Virus record (IMG/VR): IMGVR_UViG_3300022592_000245
Coordinates: 64,001-74,930 of that record
Direction: 5' to 3' (one strand)
Source of the DNA: a virus
Taxonomy: Duplodnaviria > Heunggongvirae > Uroviricota > Caudoviricetes
DNA: 10,930 nucleotides
In this document: piece after piece, positions 1 to 6,959 of the stretch
Layout of the letters: each line of letters begins with the position of its first letter
Numbering within the stretch: position 1 is the first letter of the stretch
Position numbers and translations under genes: made by a program
Notes under the pieces: generated by a model
Database searches by the model: none
Seen by the model: only the letters and a program-made list of their open reading frames with translations
What the model was told of the DNA's origin: nothing

Positions 1-255
1 TATGATGATACTGCTGGTAGCATTATACTTAGAATTCGCAAATTAGCAGAAACTGTTCCAAATATTGACAGCAGAGATTTAAAGTATGCTGAGGAAGCAG
101 TATTTGAAGCTATTCGAGCATTAGAATCATCAGTTTACGGATTAGAAGAAGCGTTCACAGATGCTGCACGTAACGCTAAGTATAGCGTAGACGAACTCGA
201 AAGCGAACTTAGCGATATGCAATGGAATAAAAAATTTGGAACTCCTGAGGTATAA
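1..255 (+). CDS. Hypothetical protein, 5'-truncated (last 84 aa, acidic and helical)
   Basis: Frame 1 is open from base 1 (YDDTAGSIILRIRKLAETV...KKFGTPEV) to TAA at 253-255. It is absent from the ORF track because the start lies outside the window. No family recognised. Confidence 0.75.
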   Translation, partial: YDDTAGSIILRIRKLAETVPNIDSRDLKYAEEAVFEAIRALESSVYGLEEAFTDAARNAKYSVDELESELSDMQWNKKFGTPEV

Positions 256-258
256 TAA

Positions 259-2082
259 ATGGATATAAGATCATTAATTACAAAAATGGATTCTATTGAG
301 CAAGGACTCAATGAAGCATTTAACATTAACACAGTGCAACAACAAGTTGGACAAATTGCCGATGCCGGACAGCGTCATGCACAATTAGCTACAATGGCTC
401 AACAAAATGGACTTCCTGGTTTATATGATCCAGTGGATGGATCTTATGTTGGTTCAAACGGCAGCACTTCAAGCACTGCACCACACGAAGTTGATAATTT
501 ATTAGCATCAAAGGGACTAGTTCCAAAGAACGCTCATTCATCAACATTCCTAGGTAAAATGTTTGGTACAAGCGGCGATGCATATGATCAAGGACTACGT
601 AGTCAAAGTGATAAAGTTGTTGCTGATCAAACTTCAGCAGAATTTAAAGCTACTAAGTTTAAAGAATTACAAGACATTATGAAGCAGTTATCTGCTCTTA
701 AGAAAGTTGATTCTACACCAGCAACGACTAAACCTGCAACACCTGCAACACCAGCAACAACTACACCAGCAACACCTGCAGCCGGACAAGCTGCAACTCC
801 TGCTAAAGAAAGTAAAGAGTTTTCTTTTGCAGATGATTTAATTGAAAGTTTTGGTTACACTGCTACTCCACTTAACGAAGAAGCAGCAACATTAGGACAA
901 CAAGCGGCAGTAGGTGCAGCAACATATGGCGGTGCCAAAGCAGCAGGTAAGATTTTAGGAAAAGCAATTCCGGGTGTTGGTTTAGCATTTGGTGCAGCAG
1001 ATGCATATAATCGTGCTAAACAAGGCGACTGGGTAGGCGCTGGACTAGCAGGAGTTAGTGCTGGTTTAAGTTTAATTCCAGGGTTTGGTTGGATTCCAGC
1101 CGCTGCTATTGACATGTTTAACTTAGGTCGAGATTTACGTGGTCCGACAGCTAGTGCCCAAGGTGCTATGCAGCATCCAGTTGAAAATGGTGCTATTGCA
1201 CAATTACAAAAAATTATTGGTACAGAAGCAGACGGTATATTTGGTCCTAAATCACAAGCTGCATTAAAAGTATGGCAGCAAAAGAAAGGACTTGTATCAG
1301 ACGGCATTCCTGGTCCTAAAACTATGGCAGCAGCCGGTATTAAATTACAAGAAGCCTTCCAACCAAGAATTAAAACAACAGCCGAACTAATTAAAGAAAC
1401 TGCTGATCGTTTAGAAGAAATTAATAACCCGCAACCGTTATTGTTTTTAGATGACGTAGGTACAATGTTTGCATTAGCTCCAGATAATCAAGTTTACGAA
1501 CTAGATGAAGGTACACTAAGCAATGTATGGGATGCTATAAAAACTGGCTGGAATGGAAGTAAAGTTGCAACAGGCAAGTTAACCAAAGCTGGTGCTCCAC
1601 AAATGGTTGGACAAGATAGCAAAGCGTTCCAAAAAGCACTTGCAGCACGTCCAGGATTAGAGCGCGGTGCATATAATACTTCTAAATTTGTTAAAAACAA
1701 TCCAGTTAAAACCGCAGCAGCGTTAGGTGCTGCTGGGTTAGCAGGTGGATATGCTATGGGTAATAACAGTGGTCAAGGTGCTACACCGACTACTGGAGGC
1801 GGTGGTGGCGGTGGTGGCGACAAACCTGTTACCAAACCAGAAGAAAAACAACAAGTTTGCAGTCCAGAACAATTTGCGTTGATTGATAAAGCACGTAAAG
1901 TAATGGGCGAACTATCTGATGTTGCTGATAGCGATCCAGCATTAGCACAAGTTCTTCAAACATATCAAGGACAAATTGATGCGTTGAATTGTGGAACTGC
2001 TCCAGCAGCAGGACAAGGTGCTACACCAGCAGCAGGCGGTACACCATTAACTAATTTCCAAAGTCAGATTGGCAAACAGTAA
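259..2082 (+). CDS. 607-aa peptidoglycan-binding-domain protein, probably virion/internal head or ejected protein
   Basis: Long ORF with GAGG (247-250) 8 nt before the ATG. It carries a PG_binding_1-like domain at 1192-1341 (AIAQLQKIIG..ADGIFGPKSQAALKVWQQKKGLVSDGIPGPKT), a Gly/Ala-rich hydrophobic region, a PAT-repeat linker and a Gly8 run. The virion role is inferred. Confidence 0.75.
   Translation: MDIRSLITKMDSIEQGLNEAFNINTVQQQVGQIADAGQRHAQLATMAQQNGLPGLYDPVDGSYVGSNGSTSSTAPHEVDNLLASKGLVPKNAHSSTFLGKMFGTSGDAYDQGLRSQSDKVVADQTSAEFKATKFKELQDIMKQLSALKKVDSTPATTKPATPATPATTTPATPAAGQAATPAKESKEFSFADDLIESFGYTATPLNEEAATLGQQAAVGAATYGGAKAAGKILGKAIPGVGLAFGAADAYNRAKQGDWVGAGLAGVSAGLSLIPGFGWIPAAAIDMFNLGRDLRGPTASAQGAMQHPVENGAIAQLQKIIGTEADGIFGPKSQAALKVWQQKKGLVSDGIPGPKTMAAAGIKLQEAFQPRIKTTAELIKETADRLEEINNPQPLLFLDDVGTMFALAPDNQVYELDEGTLSNVWDAIKTGWNGSKVATGKLTKAGAPQMVGQDSKAFQKALAARPGLERGAYNTSKFVKNNPVKTAAALGAAGLAGGYAMGNNSGQGATPTTGGGGGGGGDKPVTKPEEKQQVCSPEQFALIDKARKVMGELSDVADSDPALAQVLQTYQGQIDALNCGTAPAAGQGATPAAGGTPLTNFQSQIGKQ
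715..804 (+). repeat. Low-complexity Pro-Ala-Thr coding repeat (linker)
   Basis: Imperfect (a)cctgcaaca/(a)ccagcaaca units encoding TPATTKPATPATPATTTPATPAAGQAATPA. Confidence 0.8.
1795..1818 (+). repeat. Poly-glycine (Gly8) coding run
   Basis: gga ggc ggt ggt ggc ggt ggt ggc. Confidence 0.85.
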
Positions 2083-2100
2083 TACTGTACTAACCCAGAG

Positions 2101-2131
2101 AATGGCAGATTAATTCTGCCATTTTTCTTTT
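2101..2131 (+). terminator. Rho-independent terminator
   Basis: Perfect 9-bp stem AATGGCAGA (2101-2109) / TCTGCCATT (2115-2123), TTAAT loop, followed by a T-rich tract, 18 nt after the stop of the 607-aa gene. Confidence 0.85.
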
Positions 2132-2136
2132 AAAAG

Positions 2137-2165
2137 TTGACCTATAAACATAAGTAATATACAAT
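2137..2165 (+). promoter_or_regulatory. Sigma70-type promoter for the replication block
   Basis: TTGACC (2137-2142) - 17 nt - TACAAT (2160-2165), just after the terminator. SD AAGGAG at 2177-2182 precedes ATG 2189. Confidence 0.75.
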
Positions 2166-2188
2166 TAAGGCTTATTAAGGAGAAACAC

Positions 2189-2446
2189 ATGGGCGGTCGT
2201 TCATATGGGCAAGAAGAGAGGGCAAAATTAGAACGTTTGATTAGCGAAGGTTCTACAGTACTACGAGAAATCGAAGACTTGCAAGAAGGCTTAAAAGAAA
2301 CTGTTAAAGCAGTTGCAGAAGAATTGCAAGTTAAACCAGCAGTTATTAATAAGGCTATTAAGATTGCACACAAAGGCAATTGGTCAGAACATAACGAAGA
2401 CTGGGAAGAAATCGAAGCTATTTTAGATATTACTAAACGTATCTAA
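2189..2446 (+). CDS. T4 DsbA/GapR-like double-stranded DNA-binding protein
   Basis: 85 aa with a strong SD. The pattern (helix, E..LKETVKAVAEELQVKPAVINKAIKIAHK, acidic C-terminal helix) and size resemble the T4 DsbA family. It lies next to the polymerase. Confidence 0.65.
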   Translation: MGGRSYGQEERAKLERLISEGSTVLREIEDLQEGLKETVKAVAEELQVKPAVINKAIKIAHKGNWSEHNEDWEEIEAILDITKRI

Positions 2447-2462
2447 TAAGTATTAAATTATA

Positions 2463-2526
2463 AAAGGTAGGCGAGGCCTTTAAGCCGCACTGTAGGTATT
2501 TGTCAGCCTAAAAATGACAAAAGGAG
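2463..2526 (+). promoter_or_regulatory. Structured 5' leader / candidate translational operator of the DNA polymerase
   Basis: Hairpin AAAGG-TAGGCGAGG-CCTTT (2463-2481) and hairpin TTTGTCA-GCCTAAAAA-TGACAAA (2499-2521) abutting SD AAGGAG (2521-2526). Confidence 0.45.
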
Positions 2527-2536
2527 AAAATAATAC

Positions 2537-5203
2537 ATGTCTTATGTAGACGCATACTTTGATCGCGACAACGACATCATTAAAGTTGTTGAACGCAGTA
2601 AAAAAGGTGAACGAGAATTTAAAGATATTCCCGTTAAACATACCTTTTATTACAAAGACTCAAGAGGAAAACATTTATCAATCTATGGTGATCCCCTTTC
2701 ACGAGTCATTTGTAAAAATACAAAAGATTTTAGAAAAGAGTTAGCAATTAACTCAGGCAAACAAATCTTTGAGGGAGATATCAACCCAATCTTTGTTTGT
2801 TTATCAGAACACTATATTAATATCGATGCTCCAAAACTAAACGTAGCGTTTTTTGATATTGAGGTGGACTTTGATCCAGAACGTGGCTATGCAAGTCCAG
2901 ATGATGCATTTATGCCTATTACTGCGATCGCTGTTCACCTACAATGGTTAGACACTATGATTTGTTTAGCAATTCCTCCAAAGACATTAACTATGGAAGA
3001 AGCTAAGAAGCAAGTCGAAGAATTCCCTAATACATATTTGTTTGATAACGAAGCAGATATGCTAGATATGTTCTTAGATCTAATTCAAGACGCAGATGTG
3101 TTAAGTGGATGGAACTCAGAAGGCTTTGATATTCCATATACCGTTAACCGTGTTACTAAAACATTAAGCAAAGAAGATACAAGACGTTTTTGTTTGTTTA
3201 ATCAGTTTCCACGTAGACGTGAATACGAAAAGTTCGGGCGTGATGCAGTAACATTTGATTTAGTCGGTCGTGTACACTTAGATAGTTTAGAATTATATCG
3301 CAAATATACGTATGAAGAACGTCATAGCTATCGACTAGATGCTATTGCAGAGTATGAACTAGGCGAACGTAAAACACAGTACGAAGGTACATTGGATCAA
3401 CTATACAACAATGACTTTAAAACATTCATTGAATATAACAGACAAGACTGTGCGCTTCTTGATCGTTTAGATAAGAAGCTTAAATTCTTAGACTTAGCTA
3501 ACACACTAGCACACGAAAACACTGTATTACTACAAACTACAATGGGTGCTGTGGCTGTTACTGAACAAGCTATTATTAACGAAGCACATCGTAGAGGTTT
3601 CCAAGTACCTAATCGTCCTAAAATGGACGAACGTGAAAATAACCAAGCTGCCGGTGCGTATGTTGCATATCCTAAAGAGGGTTTGCAAGATTGGGTTGGA
3701 TCATTGGATATTAACTCACTATATCCTAGTGCAATTAGAGCACTTAATATGGGTCCCGAAACCATTGTTGGACAATTGCGTCAAACTAAAACAGATGCAT
3801 ATATCGAAAACCAAATGGCAAAAGGCAAATCATTTGCTGCTGCATGGGAAGGTAAGTTTGGTACAGATGAGTATGAAGCTGTAATGGCTCAGGAAATTGG
3901 TACTGATATTACTATTGACTGGGAAAATGGTGAAAGCGATGTAGTTAGTGCTGCTGAAGTATATAGATTAATCTTCGAAAGTAATCAACCATGGATGATT
4001 AGTGCTAACGGTACTATCTTTACATGGGAAAAAGAAGGTATTATCCCAGGTCTACTAAAACGTTGGTATGCAGAACGTAAAGAGATGCAAGCCAAACTAA
4101 AGGAGGCTATTAATGCTAGTAACAAAATTGAAGAAGAATATTGGGACAAGAGACAGTTGGTTAAAAAGATTAACCTTAATTCGCTCTATGGTGCCATTCT
4201 TAATCCTGGCTGTCGCTTTTTCGATAAACGTATCGGCCAATCTACTACCCTTACTGGACGTCAGATTGCAAAGCACATGGCTGGAAAAGTCAATGAAATC
4301 ATTGCAGGAGAATATAACCACGTCGGTAAGGCAATTATCTATGGAGACACCGACTCATGTTATTTCTCTGCTTATAAAACGCTAAAGAAAGAAATCGATG
4401 CTGGGCATATTCCATGGACTAAAGAAAGTGTAGTGCAGTTATATGATCAAATCGGTGAAGAGGTTAATGCCACATTCCCACAATTCATGCTCGATTATTT
4501 CCATTGTCCAAAGCGTATGGGTGAAGTTATTAAAGCAGGGCGAGAAGTTGTTGGATCTAAAGCATTGTTTATTACTAAAAAGCGTTATGCCGTACTTGTT
4601 TATGACAAAGAAGGTAAGCGTAAAGATAAAGATGGTAAACCCGGCGACATCAAAGCTATGGGGTTGGACTTAAAACGCTCAGATACTCCTGAATTTATTC
4701 AAGACTTCCTAAGCGATGTATTAGAAATGGTACTAACTGGTGCTACTGAAAAAGAAGTATTAGACTTTATTACTGAATTTAGAATTAAATTTAAGGCTCG
4801 CCCTGGTTGGGAAAAGGGTTCACCAAAACGTGCCAATAACATTACTATGTATCAAGGTAAAGAAAAAGATAATGGCAAGACTAACATGCCAGGTCATGTA
4901 CGTGCAAGTATTAATTGGAACACATTAAAGCGCATGTTTGATGACAAATACTCAATGAATATTACCGACGGTGCTAAAGTTATTGTATGTAAACTCAAAG
5001 CCAACCCATTAGAGTACGCAAGTGTCGCATATCCAGTCGACGAATTGAGGTTACCCCAGTGGTTTAAAGATTTACCTTTTAATCATGCAGAAATGGAAGC
5101 TACTATTATCGATAAGAAGCTAGAAAACCTTATTGGTGTATTGAAGTGGCGTATTGCTGACACTGAAGAAAAGAATACATTTAACAGTTTATTCGAGTTC
5201 TAA
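2537..5203 (+). CDS. Family B DNA polymerase with 3'-5' exonuclease (T4 gp43-like)
   Basis: 888 aa. Exo I FFDIEVD, Exo II GWNSEGFDIPY, Exo III YNRQD; polymerase motifs SLDINSLYPS, KINLNSLYG, YGDTDS, KKRYA; C-terminal aromatic tail FNSLFEF. SD AAGGAG. Confidence 0.97.
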   Translation: MSYVDAYFDRDNDIIKVVERSKKGEREFKDIPVKHTFYYKDSRGKHLSIYGDPLSRVICKNTKDFRKELAINSGKQIFEGDINPIFVCLSEHYINIDAPKLNVAFFDIEVDFDPERGYASPDDAFMPITAIAVHLQWLDTMICLAIPPKTLTMEEAKKQVEEFPNTYLFDNEADMLDMFLDLIQDADVLSGWNSEGFDIPYTVNRVTKTLSKEDTRRFCLFNQFPRRREYEKFGRDAVTFDLVGRVHLDSLELYRKYTYEERHSYRLDAIAEYELGERKTQYEGTLDQLYNNDFKTFIEYNRQDCALLDRLDKKLKFLDLANTLAHENTVLLQTTMGAVAVTEQAIINEAHRRGFQVPNRPKMDERENNQAAGAYVAYPKEGLQDWVGSLDINSLYPSAIRALNMGPETIVGQLRQTKTDAYIENQMAKGKSFAAAWEGKFGTDEYEAVMAQEIGTDITIDWENGESDVVSAAEVYRLIFESNQPWMISANGTIFTWEKEGIIPGLLKRWYAERKEMQAKLKEAINASNKIEEEYWDKRQLVKKINLNSLYGAILNPGCRFFDKRIGQSTTLTGRQIAKHMAGKVNEIIAGEYNHVGKAIIYGDTDSCYFSAYKTLKKEIDAGHIPWTKESVVQLYDQIGEEVNATFPQFMLDYFHCPKRMGEVIKAGREVVGSKALFITKKRYAVLVYDKEGKRKDKDGKPGDIKAMGLDLKRSDTPEFIQDFLSDVLEMVLTGATEKEVLDFITEFRIKFKARPGWEKGSPKRANNITMYQGKEKDNGKTNMPGHVRASINWNTLKRMFDDKYSMNITDGAKVIVCKLKANPLEYASVAYPVDELRLPQWFKDLPFNHAEMEATIIDKKLENLIGVLKWRIADTEEKNTFNSLFEF

Positions 5204-5204
5204 T

Positions 5205-5987
5205 ATGAAAATAATTATAGTAGGGTACGGATTTGTTGGTAAAGCAGTATTCAACGCCCTTAAAACAAAGTACAATGTTGTTATTGTTGATCCGCAGTAT
5301 ACAACAAATGAAATTAAACATCATCCAGATGCTGATGGTATTATCGTCTGTGTCCCTACACCTAGTTTAGACAACGGTGGATGTGATAGTAGTGCTGTTG
5401 CAAATGTGTTAGATCAAGTATTGAATGACAATACTCCTATTCTAATTAAAAGCACAGTAACCCCAGTAGTTACTGAAGCGTTAAACGAGATATATTCAAA
5501 TTTAACCATTACATACAGTCCAGAATTTTTACGTGCTAAGACTGCCAACCAAGACTTCCTTGATCAGACACACGTAGTTTTTGGCGGTGTAGATCCAGAT
5601 GGCTTTTGGCAAGATGTGTTTACACCAGTATTAACTAACTGCAAACTATACTTTCACTGTAGTCCAACCGAAGCAGCATTGATAAAGTATTCACGAAACG
5701 CCTTTTTGGCAACTAAAGTGTCATTCTTTAATCAATTGTTTGACTTATGCAATGCGTCAGGTGCAGACTTTGATGTAGTTAGACAGTTAGTAGCACAAGA
5801 TACTCGCATTGGTGCTGGACATAGCCTAGTACCAGGGCTAGATGGAGAAAGGGGATTCGGTGGTGCGTGTTTCCCTAAGGATACAGCAGCACTTTTACAC
5901 TATGCAAATAGCAAAGGCATTAATTTAAGCGTTATAGATTCGGCTGTTAATTACAATAAAACGGTAAGAAATTCTATTGACATTTAA
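5205..5987 (+). CDS. UDP-glucose/GDP-mannose 6-dehydrogenase family protein (short form, 260 aa)
   Basis: The true start is probably ATG 5205 (MKIIIVGYGFVG, Rossmann GxGxxG), 1 nt after the polymerase stop, not 5154. Motifs CVPTP, IKSTV, SPEFLR, IKYSRNAFLATKVSFFN and GFGGACFPKD (catalytic Cys). Confidence 0.88.
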   Translation: MKIIIVGYGFVGKAVFNALKTKYNVVIVDPQYTTNEIKHHPDADGIIVCVPTPSLDNGGCDSSAVANVLDQVLNDNTPILIKSTVTPVVTEALNEIYSNLTITYSPEFLRAKTANQDFLDQTHVVFGGVDPDGFWQDVFTPVLTNCKLYFHCSPTEAALIKYSRNAFLATKVSFFNQLFDLCNASGADFDVVRQLVAQDTRIGAGHSLVPGLDGERGFGGACFPKDTAALLHYANSKGINLSVIDSAVNYNKTVRNSIDI

Positions 5988-6005
5988 CTAAGATCTAAAT
6001 AAAAT
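5977..6005 (+). promoter_or_regulatory. Sigma70-type promoter upstream of the clamp gene
   Basis: TTGACA (5977-5982) - 17 nt - TAAAAT (6000-6005). The -35 lies in the last codons of the dehydrogenase gene. SD GGAG at 6015-6018. Confidence 0.75.
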
Positions 6006-6024
6006 CAACTATACGGAGAAAATC

Positions 6025-6756
6025 ATGAAAGACATTTTACAAGACATCGTAACACATACACATTCACTAGGAATTATTCCTTTGGTGAAGATTACAAGCA
6101 CAACAGAAAACACAGACATTGAAGCAATGGCCGAAGATCGTTCTGTTATTGTTAACGCAACAACTAAAACACCAATTAGTAACTTTGAAGGTGTATTTGG
6201 TATGCCTAACTTAAACAAATTAGCTATCCACCTTGCTTGCCCAGAATACAAAGAAAAGGCAAAAATTACTGTGTCAACTGGACAGCGTAACGGAGAAGAA
6301 GTTCCAACAGGACTACACTTCGAAAACGAAACAGGCGACTTTCAAAACGACTATCGTTTTATGAATACAGAAGTTGTCAATGAAAAATTAAAGACTGTTA
6401 AATTCAAAGGTGCTACATGGAACATTGAATTTGAACCAAGCGCAGCAGCTATTCAACGTTTAAAGTTTCAAGCAAACGCAAATAGTGAAGAAACAGTATT
6501 CCAAGTTAGTACAGATAACGATAACTTAATTTTTAACTTTGGTGATGCAAGTACACACGCAGGTAGCTTTATTTTCGAAGCAAATGTTTCAGGTAAATTA
6601 AAACAAACTTGGGCATGGCCAGTTACACAAGTTATGAGCATTTTATCATTAACTGGCGATAAGACTGTTCGTATTGCAGATGTAGGCGTAATGCAAATTA
6701 CAGTTGACAGCGGAATGGCTGAATACAACTACTTTTTACCAGCACAAACAAAGTAA
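6025..6756 (+). CDS. Probable DNA polymerase sliding clamp (gp45/PCNA-like processivity factor)
   Basis: 243 aa (clamp-subunit size), alternating beta/alpha pattern, C-terminal ITVDSG..EYNYFLPA strand typical of clamps, near a polymerase bearing a clamp-binding-type tail. Fold not verified. Confidence 0.65.
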   Translation: MKDILQDIVTHTHSLGIIPLVKITSTTENTDIEAMAEDRSVIVNATTKTPISNFEGVFGMPNLNKLAIHLACPEYKEKAKITVSTGQRNGEEVPTGLHFENETGDFQNDYRFMNTEVVNEKLKTVKFKGATWNIEFEPSAAAIQRLKFQANANSEETVFQVSTDNDNLIFNFGDASTHAGSFIFEANVSGKLKQTWAWPVTQVMSILSLTGDKTVRIADVGVMQITVDSGMAEYNYFLPAQTK

Positions 6757-6959
6757 TGGAAACTCACAAAAGAACAGTTGTAAGAATGATCACCTATCGC
6801 CTAACAGCGTGGGTGTTCACTATCCTATGGACTTATTTGTTTACAGGTGACTTAGGAAGTGCTACTGGATTTGCTACAGTACTACATATTCTTTTGAGTA
6901 TTGACTACTACATACACGAAAGAATCTGGCTAAAGATTAAATGGGGCAAAATTGAATAA
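6756..6959 (+). CDS. DUF2061-like small membrane protein
   Basis: 67 aa with ETHKRTVVRMITYR...FTG...YYIHERIW.KIKWG, the DUF2061 pattern, and two hydrophobic segments. TAATG overlap with the clamp gene. Confidence 0.8.
   Translation: METHKRTVVRMITYRLTAWVFTILWTYLFTGDLGSATGFATVLHILLSIDYYIHERIWLKIKWGKIE

Noticed and set aside
253-261. In-frame TAA-TAA-ATG junction between the first ORF and the 607-aa ORF (possible readthrough fusion)
   Set aside because: A double ochre stop is a strong terminator, and a GAGG SD at 247-250 explains independent initiation at 259.
855-1307. 150-aa minus-strand ORF
   Set aside because: Antisense shadow of a Gly/Ala-rich coding region with no recognisable motif, lying inside a well-supported + strand gene.
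2461-2530. preQ1 riboswitch as the explanation for the polymerase leader
   Set aside because: Tempting given the deazaguanine genes, but the preQ1-I loop consensus and the A-rich AAAAAAC tail after the stem are not evident.
2537-5203. Intein or intron in the polymerase
   Set aside because: The ORF is continuous, 888 aa is ordinary for gp43-like enzymes, and the motif spacing leaves no room for an insert.
5154-5204. Track start for the dehydrogenase at 5154
   Set aside because: It overlaps the polymerase C-terminus, and the Rossmann motif begins right after ATG 5205.
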